Shown: positions 20,801-32,189 of the stretch, one piece after another
How the letters are laid out: each line of letters opens with the position of its first letter
Numbering within the stretch: the first letter of the stretch is position 1
DNA from: Nemertoderma westbladi
Taxonomy: Eukaryota; Animalia; Xenacoelomorpha
Reading direction: 5' to 3'
Assembly: GCA_032718475.1 (NCBI GenBank)
Contig: JAUCBJ010006531.1
Location: 1 to 32,247, forward strand
Length of the DNA stretch: 32,247 nucleotides
Notes under the pieces: model-generated
The model's database searches: none
Told to the model about the DNA's origin: nothing
The model's input: only the letters and a program-made list of their open reading frames with translations
Program-made: the position numbers and the translations under genes

Positions 20801-23800
20801 GGTAGGTGGGCTATAGCGAAACGGCGGTGTGCCAGTATGGTAGGTGGGCTATAGCGAAACGGCGGTGTGCCAGTATGGTAGGTGGGTTATAGCGAAACGG
20901 CGGTGTGCCGGTATGGTAGGTGGGCTATAGCGAAACGGCGGTGTGCCAGTATGGTAGGTGGGCTATAGCGAAACGGCGGTGTGCCAGTATGGTAGGTGGG
21001 CTATAGCGAAACGGCGGTGTGCCAGTATGGTAGGTGGGCTATAGCGAAACGGCGGTGTGCCGGTATGGTAGGTGGGCTATAGCGAAACGGCGGTGTGCCA
21101 GTATGGTAGGTGGGCTATTATAGCGAAACGGCGGTGTGCCAGTATGGTAGGTGGGCTATAGCGAAACGGCGGTGTGCCAGTATAGTAGGTGGGCTATAGC
21201 GAAACGGCGGTCTGCCGGTATGGTAGGTGGGCTATAGGGAAACGGCGGTCGGCCAGTATGGTAGGTGGGCTACAGCGAAACGGCGGTGTGCCAGTATGGT
21301 AGGTGGGCTATAGCGAAACGGCGGTGTGCCAGTATGGTAGGTGGGCTATAGCGAAACGGCGGTGTGCCAGTATGGTAGGTGGGCTATAGCGAAACGGCGG
21401 TGTGCCAGTATGGTAGGTGGGCTATATAGCGAAACGGCGGTGAGCCAGTATGGTAGGTGGGCTATAGCAAAACGGCGGTGTGCCGGTATGGTAGGTGGGC
21501 TATAGCGAAACGGCGGTGTGCCGGTATGGTAGGTGGGCTATAGCGAAACGGCGGTGTGCCGGTATGGTAGGTGGGCTATAGCGAAACGGCGGTGTGCCGG
21601 TATGGTAGGTGGGCTATAGCGAAACGGCGGTGTGCCGGTATGGTAGGTGGGCTATAGCGAAACGGCGGTGTGCCAGTATGGTAGGTGGGCTATAGCGAAA
21701 CGGCGGTGTGCCAGTACGGTAGGTGGGCTATAGCGAAACGGCGGTGTGCCAGTATGGTAGGTGGGCTATAGCGAAACGGCGGTGTGCCAGTACGGTAGGT
21801 GGGCTATAGCGAAACGGCGGTGTGCCAGTACGGTAGGTGGGCTATAGCGAAACGGCGGTGTGCCAGTATGGTAGGTGGGCTATAGCGAAACGGCGGTGTG
21901 CCAGTATGGTAGGTGGGCTATAGCGAAACGGCGGTGTGCCAGTACGGTAGGTGGGCTATAGCGAAACGGCGGTGTGCCAGTACGGTAGGTGGGCTGTAGC
22001 GAAACGGCGGTGTGCCAGTATGGTAGGTGGGCTATAGCGAAACGGCGGTGTGATGGTATGGTAGGTGGGCTATAGCGAAACGGCGGTGTGCCAGTATGGT
22101 AGGTGGGCTATAGCGAAACGGCGGTGTGATGGTATGGTAGGTGGGCTATAGCGAAACGGCGGTGTGCCAGTACGGTAGGTGGGCTATAGAAAAACGGCGG
22201 TGTGCCAGTATGGTAGGTGGGCTATAGCGAAACGGCGGTGTGCCAGTATGGTAGGTGGGCTATAGCGAAACGGCGGTGAGCCAGTATGGTAGGTGGGCTA
22301 TAGCAAAACGGCGGTGTGCCGGTATGGTAGGTGGGCTATATAGCGAAACGGCGGTGTGCCAGTATGGTAGGTGGGCTATAGCAAAACGGCGGTGTGCCGG
22401 TATGGTAGGTGGGCTATATAGCGAAATGGCGGTGTGCCAGTATGGTAGGTGGGCTATAGCGAAACGGCGGTGTGCCAGTATGGTAGGTGGGCTATAGCGA
22501 AACGGCGGTGTGCCAGTATGGTAGGTGGGCTATAGCGAAACGGCGGTGAGCCAGTATGGTAGGTGGGCTATAGCGAAACGGCGGTGTGCCAGTATGGTAG
22601 GTGGGCTATAGCGAAACGGCGGTGTGCCAGTATGGTAGGTGGGCTATAGCGAAACGGCGGTGAGCCAGTATGGTAGGTGGGCTATAGCGAAACGGCGGTG
22701 TGCCAGTATGGTAGGTGGGCTATAGCGAAACGGCGGTGTGACAGTATGGTAGGTGGGCTATAGCAAAACGGCGGTGTGCCGGTATGGTAGGTGGGCTATA
22801 GCGAAACGGCGGTGTGCCGGTATGGTAGGTGGGCCATAGCGAAACGGCGGTGTGCCAGTATGGTAGGTGGGCTATAGCGAAACGGCGGTGTGCCGGTATG
22901 GTAGGTGGGCTATAGCGAAACGGCGGTGTGCCGGTATGGTAGGTGGGCTATAGCGAAACGGCGGTGTGCCAGAATGGTAGGTGGGCTATATAGCGAAATG
23001 GCGGTGTGCCAGTATGGTAGGTGGGCTATAGCGAAACGGCGGTGTGCCAGTATGGTAGGTGGGCTATAGCGAAACGGCGGTGTGCCAGTATGGTAGGTGG
23101 GCTATAGCGAAACGGCGGTGAGCCAGTATGGTAGGTGGGCTATAGCAAAACGGCGGTGTGCCAGTATGGTAGGTGGGCTATAGCGAAACGGCGGTGTGAC
23201 AGTATGGTAGGTGGGCTACAGCGAAACGGCGGTGTGCCAGTATGGTAGGTGGGCTATATAGCGAAACGGCGGTGTGTCAGTATGGTAGGTGGGCTATATA
23301 GCGAAACGGCGGTGTGCCGGTATGGTAGGTGGGCTATAGCAAAACGGCGGTGTGCCGGTATGGTAGGTGGGCTATAGCGAAACGGCGGTGTGCCAGTATG
23401 GTAGGTGGGCTATAGCGAAACGGCGGTGTGCCAGTATGGTAGGTGGGCTATAGCGAAACGGCGGTGTGCCAGTATGGTAGGTGGGCTATAGCGAAACGGC
23501 GGTGAGCCAGTATGGTAGGTGGGCTATAGCGAAACGGCGGTGAGCCAGTATGGTAGGTGGGCTATAGCGAAACGGCGGTGTGCCAGTATGGTAGGTGGGC
23601 TATAGCGAAACGGCGGTGTGCCGGTACGGTAGGTGGGCTATAGCGAAACGGCGGTGTGCCAGTATGGTAGGTGGCTATAGCGAAACGGCGGTGTGCCAGT
23701 ATGGTAGGTGGGCTATAGCGAAACGGCGGTGTGCCAGTATGGTAGGTGGGCTATAGCGAAACGGCGGTGTGCCGGTACGGTAGGTGGTCTATAGCGAAAC

Positions 23801-25056
23801 GGCGGTGTGCCAGTATGGTAGGTGGCTATAGCGAAACGGCGGTGTGCCAGTATGGTAGGTGGGCTATAGCGAAACGGCGGTGTGCCAGTATGGTAGGTGG
23901 GCTATAGCGAAACGGCGGTGTGCCAGTATGGTAGGTGGGCTATAGCGAAACGGCGGTGTGCCGGTATGGTAGGTGGGCTATAGCGAAACGGCGGTATGCC
24001 AGTATGGTAGGTGGGCTATAGCGAAACGGCGGTGTGCCAGTATGGTAGGTGGGCTATAGCGAAACGGCGGTGTGCCGGTACGGTAGGTGGGCTATAGCGA
24101 AACGGCGGTGTGCCAGTATGGTAGGTGGCTATAGCGAAACGGCGGTGTGCCAGTATGGTAGGTGGGCTATAGCGAAACGGCGGTGTGCCGGTACGGTAGG
24201 TGGGCTATAGCGAAACGGCGGTGTGCCAGTATGGTAGGTGGGCTATAGCGAAACGGCGGTGTGCCAGTATGGTAGGTGGGCTATAGCGAAACGGCGGTGT
24301 GCCAGTATGGTAGGTGGGCTATAGCGAAACGGCGGTGTGCCAGTATGGTAGGTGGGCTATAGCGAAACGGCGGTGTGCCAGTATGGTAGGTGGGCTATAG
24401 CGAAACGGCGGTGTGCCGGTATGGTAGGTGGGCTATAGCGAAACGGCGGTGTGCCAGTATGGTAGGTGGGCTATAGCGAAACGGCGGTGTGCCAGTATGG
24501 TAGGTGGGCTATAGCGAAACGGCGGTGTGCCAGTATGGTAGGTGGGCTATAGCGAAACGGCGGTGTGTCAGTATGGTAGGTGGGCTATAGCGAAACGGCG
24601 GTGTGCCAGTATAGTAGGTGGGCTATAGCGAAACGGCGGTCTGCCGGTATGGTAGGTGGTCTATAGGGAAACGGCGGTGTGCCGGTATGGTAGGTGGTCT
24701 ATAGGGAAACGGCGGTCGGCCAGTATGGTAGGCGGGCTACAGCGAAACGGCGGTGTGCCAGTATGGTAGGTGGGCTATAGCGAAACGGCGGTGTGCCAGA
24801 ATGGTAGGTGGGCTATAGCGAAACGGCGGTCTGCCGGTATGGTAGGTGGGCTATAGCGAAACGGCGGTGTGCCAGTATGGTAGGTGGGCTATAGCGAAAC
24901 GGCGGTGTGCCAGTATGGTAGGTGGGCTATAGCGAAACGGCGGTGTGCCAGTATGGTAGGTGGGCTATAGCGAAACGGCGGTGTGCCAGTATGGTAGGTG
25001 GGCTATAGCGAAACGGCGGTGTGCCGGTATGGTAGGTGGGCTATAGCGAAACGGCG
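17860..25056. repeat. 7.2-kb tandem array of a 38-bp GC-rich unit (about 189 copies), intronic
   Basis: The consensus GTGTGCCAGTATGGTAGGTGGGCTATAGCGAAACGGCG repeats head-to-tail with only point variants and 1-3 bp indels, and with no spacers. Confidence 0.98.
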
Positions 25057-25333
25057 ACTCTAGATAGCCTTCAAAATTATAATATATTACACGATCGATA
25101 ATGGTGTGAACTTTATCGGTGTGATAAAGTAGTATGGAGGAATATCCTAAAAAAATCTTTATTTCACGTATATGAAAGACAACGTTAAAAGATATAAAAG
25201 CACGAAAAGGAAGTAGCTTAATAAAGAAAGTTACAGGTGGGGAAGCGGTTAATTACTACTGGAAATAACGCGCAAGCAACTTCTGGGAAGATAAATCCAA
25301 TTGAATTAAAAGGACAAAGTTAAGTAAACAAAC

Positions 25334-25521
25334 CTGCTGATTGGTTAACTTCAATCTATCCAGCGATGCACTACATCCACGAGCATACGACTCTTTCAGT
25401 TTCGCGTTAGTCATTTCAACTTTCGTCTTTCTATCTAACTTCGTATGTAAATTATCGAGGTCATTGACCGACTCGTTGGTGACATCAATCAGGGCCTCAG
25501 CTTCTTTACGGAACTTGAATT
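25334..25521 (-). CDS. KIF11: Kinesin-5 stalk exon (188 nt, phase 1 to 0)
   Basis: Acceptor tattttaag| and donor cag|gtttgt. Encodes FKFRKEAEALIDVTNESVNDLDNLHTKLDRKTKVEMTN..., matching the conserved kinesin-5 stalk motif LHxKLDRK. Confidence 0.87.
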
Positions 25522-25684
25522 CTTAAAATATGTATATAATAATTGTTAACTTTACATCACTGACCGTGAAAAGTAGCACTTTACACTCAGGATGTTCGTG
25601 CTGATTATATTTTATCACAAATATATTATAAACGTTTATATTCCAAAATTGCTAAATGTGTGGCACAGTTATCGAATTTTCAGA

Positions 25685-27150
25685 AGTAGGATACAGCTCA
25701 TAGAGTAGGATACAGCTCATAAGAGTAGAAGGATACAGCTCATAGAGTAGAAGGATACAGCTCATAGAGTAGGATACAGCTCATAGAGTAGAAGGATACA
25801 GCTCATAGAGTAGGATACAGCTCATAGAGTAGGATATAGCTCATAGAGTAGGATACAGCTCATAGAGTAGGATACAGCTCATAGAGTAGGATACAGCTCA
25901 TAGAGTAGAATACAGCTCATAGAGTAAGATAAAGCTCATAGAGTAGCATACAGCTCATAGAGTAGAAGGATACAGCTCATAGAGTAGGATACAGCTCATA
26001 GAGTAGGATATAGCTCATAGAGTAGGATACAGCTCATAGAGTAGGATACAGCTCATAGAGTAAGATACAGCTCATAGATTAGCATACAGCTCATAGAGTA
26101 GGATACAGCTCATAGAGTAGAAGGATATAGCTCATAGAGTAAGATACAGCTCATAGAGTAGAAGGATACAGCTCATAGAGTAGGATATAGCTCATAGAGT
26201 AAGATACAGCTCATAGTGTTGGATACAGCTCATAGAGTAAGATACAGCTCATAGAGTAGAAGGATACAGCTCATAGAGTAGGATACAGCTCATAGAGTAG
26301 AAGAATACAGCTCATAGAGTAGGATACAGCTCATTTAGTAGTAGGATACAGCTCATAGAGTAGGATACAGCTCATAGAGTAGAAGGATACAGCTCATAGA
26401 GAAGGATATAGCTCATAGAGTAGAAGGATACAGCTCATAGAATAGGATACAGCTCATAGAGTAGAAGGATACAGCTCATAGAGAAGGATACAGCTCATAG
26501 AGTAGAAGGATACAGCTCATAGAATAGGATACAGCTCATAGAGTAGAAGGATACAGCTCATAGAGTATGATACAGCTCATAGAGTAGAAGGATACAGCTC
26601 ATTGAATAGGATACAACTCATAGAGTAGGATACAGCTCATAGAGTACGATTCAGCTCATAGAGTAGGTTAGAGCTCATAGAGTAGGATAAGCTCATAGAG
26701 TAGGATCAGCTCATAGTTAACTGTAGCTAGAGTAGGATACAGCTCATAGAGTAGGATACAGCTCATAGAGTAGGATATAGCTCATAGAGTATGATACAGC
26801 TCATAGAGTAGGATACAGCTCATAGAGTAGGATATAGCTCATAGAGTATGATACAGCTCATAGAGTAGGATACAGCTCATAGAGTAGGATACAGCTCATA
26901 GAGTAGGATACAGCTCATAGAGTAAGATACAGCTCATAGAGTAGAAGGATACAGCTCATAGAGTAGGATAAAGCTCATAGAGTAGGATACAGCTCATAGA
27001 GTAGAGTATGATACAGCTCATAGAGTAGAAGGATACAGCTCATAGAGTAGGATACAGCTCATAGAGTATGATACAGCTCATAGAGTAGGATAAAGCTCAT
27101 AGAGTAGGATACAGCTCATAGAGTAGAGTAGGAAACAGCTTATAGAGTAG
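25685..27150. repeat. 19-bp minisatellite array, block 1 (with a 22-bp variant)
   Basis: Unit GAGTAGGATACAGCTCATA, with the variant GAGTAGAAGGATACAGCTCATA interspersed. Confidence 0.97.
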
Positions 27151-27605
27151 TATTGAAAATTATTATAGAGACCAAAAGTGACCAAAACAAAGTTAATTGG
27201 CGTATATTACGGCCAACAGGCCTTTATTCAACGTCTAAAGTCAGGTTTATTTATTTAAACACCGAACCGACGGACTGACAGACTACTGCAGTACTAACAA
27301 CAAACCGGTAATAAATGCAATCTGGTGAAACTACTGTATGAAATTTAATAACCACTACTACTATATAGATTTTTTCAAAGCACCAATAAAACTAAAACCG
27401 GTCGGTTCAGTACTAAATACAGTAGTTTCACCAGATTGCATTTATTACCGGTTTGTTGTTAGTACTGCAGTAGTCTGTCTTTCCGTCGGTTCGGTGTTTA
27501 AATAAATAAACCTGACTTTAGACGTTGAATAAAGGCCTGTTGGCCGTAATATACGCCAATTAACTTTGTTTTGGTCACTTTTGGTCTCTATAATAATTTT
27601 CAATA
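27151..27605. mobile_element. Young foldback MITE: 189-bp inverted arms with a 77-bp loop, TA at both ends
   Basis: 27151-27339 is the reverse complement of 27417-27605. The only differences I can see are 2 adjacent bases (ggactgacag versus ggaaagacag). Confidence 0.92.
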
Positions 27606-28195
27606 TGATTACATCAGTGACATGGGCACACACCTTCCTTAAACGTATACCGCTTATAGAGTAGGATACAGCTACGTGGGTAATCTGGCAAAACCCCTTA
27701 AGTCGATTTTTGGCCATGTTCAGGTTTTTGGTGATTCTGGTACCTTAGATTGATATCCACCTTCTGACAAAACCCCAGAAGTTAAAACAGCGTTAATAAC
27801 GGAGAAAAACGCAAAATAAGATCCCGTCTAAATATCGCTTGATCTGTTAAAACCCCCTAAGTAGGAAAAAACTCTGTTTAAGCACCTTCAATATGGCATT
27901 TAATTTCTGATAAAACCCCTTAAATTAGATATTAGGGGGTTTCTTATTAGTTAAATGTCAGAGGGACTTTTAATTATTCGTTCTGATAAAACCCCCAAAA
28001 TGCCCGTTTGCCACAATATGATAGGATAATTGGCCTTGAATTAATTAATGGAGTGAGTTTTGAAGTAGGTCTACGGTATTAGTATTAAATTAATAGGTTG
28101 CCTACTCAACACCTAACAGTATTTTTAAATAGCTGAAAATTTGTAATGCTTATTTTAACCTTTGGCGAAAATCTGGGGAGGGGGGTCCATTTACA

Positions 28196-28395
28196 CTACT
28201 ACTACTAGGATCGGCACGCTTCATTGCAGGTGCATTTTAAGAATGCTGTGCCGGCATGTCCACAAAATTGCAACGCCATAAATCCCTATCACCCATGACA
28301 TTTGCTAAATCATCCGCATCTTCAAGGCCAGTGTCCTTTAAGATGCGCCTCAAGAAAGTCATGGGCTGTCCACTATGCTTATTCACACCATGAGA
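28196..28395 (-). mobile_element. 3' end fragment of the RTE-type LINE, with (TAG)n tail
   Basis: The minus strand reads ...ggacagcccatgactttcttgaggcgcatcttaaaggacactggccttgaagatgcgg...gccggcacagcattcttaaaatgcacctgcaatg...tagtagtagtag, matching the ends of the copies at about 30000-30134 and 30980-31186. Confidence 0.82.
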
Positions 28396-28476
28396 CTGCG
28401 TACTTGAGTACAAGATTATTTACAAGTCTACTGGTCCATTTACAAGTTACTTTATAGAACTGTAGATATCCTCTAG

Positions 28477-28893
28477 GTGAGTGTAGCTGTAGATGTTCAA
28501 CCAGTAGTGAGTGTAGCTGTAGCTAAAGATGTTCAACCAGTAGTGAGTGCAGCTGAAGATGTTTAACAAGTACTGAGTGTAACTGGAGACTTTTAACTGG
28601 TAGTGAGAGTAGCTGGAGATGTTCAACCGGTAGTGAGTGAAGCTGACGATGTTCAACCAGTACTGAGTGTAACTGAAGATGTTCAACTGATAGTGAGAGT
28701 AACTGGAGATGTTCAACCGGTAGTGAGTGTAGCTGGAGATGTTCAACCGGTATAGTGAGTGTAGCTGAAGATGTTCAACCAGTACTGAGTGTAACTGAAG
28801 ATGTTCCACTGGTAGTGAGTGTAACTGGATATGTTCAACCGGTAGTGTGTGTAGCGGGAGATGTTTAATCAGTTGTCAGTGTAGCTGGAGATG
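28477..28893. repeat. 30-bp minisatellite (about 14 copies), with a remnant at 30264-30311
   Basis: Unit TAGTGAGTGTAGCTGGAGATGTTCAACCGG. It explains the repetitive ORF at 28447-28809. Confidence 0.92.
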
Positions 28894-28897
28894 ATTT

Positions 28898-30134
28898 GGG
28901 TTCCGTATAAAGGTCGTGGGGCCATGTAAGCCCATTTTTCCACTTAGAAGGATAATTGAAGAGTTATCAAAAAAGAAAGACAGATATCTGGCTGTTAGCA
29001 TTGTTGACTTCGTCAAGCCCTTTGATTCAGTCTCTCGCTCACGTATGTTCAGCATACTTTCATTATATGGGATTCCTGATGGAATTATTGCAGCAATCAG
29101 ATTAGTAAGATGGTTCGAAGACATTTGTACTATTTTTGCTATTTTTGCTATTGCTACTACTGTTGACGGTGACACAGAACCATTTGAAGTGTTATGGGGC
29201 GTCCTCCAGGGAGACACACTTGCACCATTCTTGTTCATAATTGTTGTTGACTATGTTCTACGCATGTCCTTAGATCATCATAATGATGATGGGGTGATGA
29301 TAACTCCACCTACTGGCTCCAGAATTCGAGGAAATCCTGACAAGTACCTAACTGATCTAGACTTTGCTGATGACTTAGGAGTACTCTGAGAATCACTAGA
29401 GGGAGCCCAACGGCTCCTCATCTCATTAGTACATGCTGCTTCTAGTGTTGGTCTTTTATTAACTCCAGAAAGACCAAAATTTTGACAGTTAACTTTGAAA
29501 CTCCTCAGCAAGTCTCTGATCGGATGAGCATAAACTCAAAGGATGGTATGCTTGAGCAAGTGGAAGACTTCTGTTACCTGGGATCATGGATCCGGAAGTC
29601 AGGTGAGGACCTTCGAATACGTAAGGGAAAGGCATGGGCAGCCTTGAATAGGCTTTCCAGGATTTGAAAGTCACCAAGAATTAATCGGAAACTTAAGGTC
29701 CGATTATTTAGAGCAGCAGTAGTTCCAGTACTCCTCTATGGGAGTCCATGCTGAGCTCTAACTGCTGAGGACACCAAATCTCTGGATGGCACATTCACAA
29801 GAATTCTACGCCGGGTTCATCGTGTCAAGTACAATGTGCACATCTCCAACCAGACACTATATAACTTTGGAGGTGTCTCATTGGTTCCCCGAAGCTTGAC
29901 ACTTGAACACTCCGCTTTGCAAGAGATTGTTTTCGCAGTGAGGACCAGCCTGTGCATAATCTTGTGCTTTGGAAGCCCCATGGAGAAAATAAGCATGGTG
30001 GACAGCACATGACTTTTGTGAGACGCCTCTTAAAGGACACTGGTTTTGTAGATGCGAATAGTCTCGCGAAAGTCATGGGGGATAGGGAGTTGTGGCAGTG
30101 AATCATCGTAGATAAGCCGGCATAGCATTCTTAA
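28898..30134 (+). mobile_element. 5'-truncated, degraded RTE-type LINE copy (RT core to 3' end)
   Basis: Motifs VDFVKPFDSV, GVLQGDTLAPFLFIIVVDYVL, LDFADDL and VEDFCYLGSWI..DLRIRKGKAW. 28898-29197 is near-identical to 5553-5827. Multiple stops are present. Confidence 0.92.
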
Positions 30135-30659
30135 TTCTCAAATTAATTATGCTAATGCTTAATCCCCTGCATTGGGCTTGGCAATTGTGGATTGCATGGT
30201 GGTAGCAAAATATTTTTGTTAAGCCAGCATCTCAATGACCAGTTTCAATGCCGATTATAGAGTTTAGCTGGAGATGTTCAATCAGTTAGTGAGTGTAGCT
30301 GAAGATGTTCACGGTGAAGCAATGACGAATCGAGATTTATCTGTTTTAGAAGCCTACAACAACAATATCAGAGATGATGATGGCACAGGACTTCAGCCGC
30401 TAATTGTAGAAAGTGTTGAGACAATAATAATTGAGAAGGGATTGTTTTATCTCTTAGGCCTACGGATTCTCATAGCATCAATCTTGAGTATGACACTCTA
30501 CCGGATTCTATGGCAATCAATAGCGGGGTAAATGACGAGCAATCAATACTAACGGAAGATGGTGAACATGAATTAGTTTCCAACAGCAGGTGTGGCAAGA
30601 TGACCACAATCCAGACAGCGCAAACAGTTATAAAAATAGGGAGTCTGGGCTGTCCCATG

Positions 30660-31186
30660 GAATAAAACGGAATCTAAAGGTTCGATGCTCTTTAGAGCAG
30701 CAGTAGAACCAGTACTCGTATATGGGAGTCTGTGCTGGCTTCTAACTGCAGAGGATTCCAAATCTCTGGATCGCACTTTCACAAGAATGATGTGCCGGGT
30801 TCATTGTGTCAAGTATAATGAACACATCTCCAATCAGACTCTATACAACATTGGAGGAAACATCCATTAGTCATCCTTAGCTTGACACTTGACCTGAACC
30901 GCCTCCGCTTTGCAGGGCATTGCTTTCGCCGTGAGTACCAGCCAGTGCATAATATCGTGCTTTGGCTAATAAATAAACATGGAGGACAGCCCATGCCTTT
31001 CTTGGGACGCCTGTTATAGGCGTATCTAAACACTGGCCTTGAAGATGCGGATGTTCTAGTAAATGTCATGGGTGGTAGGGAGATGTGACAGCGAAATTTT
31101 GTTGATAAGCCGGCACAGAATTATTAATATATATGTAATACATAATAATGCAGTTGCAATGCAGCATGCTGATAGTAGAAGTAGTA
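30660..31186 (+). mobile_element. Another 3' fragment of the same RTE-type LINE, with a degenerate (TAG)n tail
   Basis: LFRAAVEPVLVYGSLCWLLT..SLDRTFTRM, homologous to 29680-30134. Ends gatagtagaagtagta. Confidence 0.88.
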
Positions 31187-31568
31187 ATTATAAAAATAAT
31201 TGTAAAATTACAGTGTTTCTAATATAAGAGCTTTGCTTTATTGGACCCTTAGACCCACTCATAAGTCAATTAATGGGCCAGACTGTATCTGATAAAACCC
31301 CACATGCTAAAGAAAGATAACCCCCCTTAATTGTATGTTCTAACCTAACTATTTTGTTTCACAATCTGGAAACAACAGATATCAAATTAAATGGTCTAAA
31401 ATGCGATCTACCTCTAAAAATATGTGCCCAAACAAATTATACACTATTTTAGATTATATTTAGTCAAAAATTAGATCGCATTACTCAAGATTTCTTAAAA
31501 TATTCAGTTTTTTCGTTTTTCTCAAAACTACAAAAATCGACTTAGGGGGTTTTGTCGAATTACCGACG

Positions 31569-32189
31569 AGCTCATAGAGTAGGATACAACTCATAGAGTA
31601 GGATACAGCTCATAGAGTAGGATACAGCTCATAGAGTAGGATACAGCTCATATAGTAGGCTACAGCTCATAGAGTAGTCTGATACAGTTCATAGAGTAGA
31701 AGGATACAGCTCATAGAATAGGATACAGCTCATAGAGTAGAAGGATACAGCTCATAGAGTAGGATACAGCTCATAGAGTAGAAGGATACAGCTCATAGAG
31801 TAGGATACAGCTCATAGAGTAGGATACAGCTCATAGAGTACGATTCAGCTCATAGAGTAGGTTAGAGCTCATAGAGTAGAAGGATACAGCTCATAGAGTA
31901 GGATACAGCCCATAGAGTAGGATATAGCTCAAAGGGTAGGATGCAGCTCATAGAGTAGGATATATCTCATAGAGTAGGATAGAGCTCATAGAGTAAGATA
32001 CAGCTCATAGAGTAGGATACAGCTCATAGAGTAGGATACAGCTCATAGAGTATGATACAGCTCATAGACTAGGATACAGCTCATAGAGTAGGATACAGCT
32101 CATAGAGTTGGTTACAGCTCATAGAGTAGGATACTGCTCATAGAGTAGGATACAGCTCATAGAGTAGAAGGATACAGCTCATAGAGTAG
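31569..32189. repeat. 19-bp minisatellite array, block 2
   Basis: Same unit as 25685-27150, resuming in register right after the TIR element. Confidence 0.97.

Larger units (their letters stand above)
27674..31568. mobile_element. About 3.9-kb non-autonomous TIR DNA element inserted in the 19-bp satellite, containing LINE fragments
   Basis: The left end cgtgggtaatctggcaaaaccccttaagtcgatttttg (27675-27712) is approximately the reverse complement of 31531-31568. AGCT of the satellite unit is present on both sides. The subterminal motif TCTGATAAAACCCC recurs at about 27763, 27906, 27982 and 31288. Confidence 0.85.

Noticed and set aside
22255-22497. 80-aa ORF in the 38-bp array
   Set aside because: A chance frame created by 2-bp TA insertions in the satellite.
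17860-25056. CRISPR-like array (38-bp repeat length)
   Set aside because: The units are contiguous with no unique spacers, there are no cas genes, and the context is a eukaryotic intron.
28447-28809. 120-aa repetitive ORF
   Set aside because: It is the translation of the 30-bp minisatellite and has no protein features.
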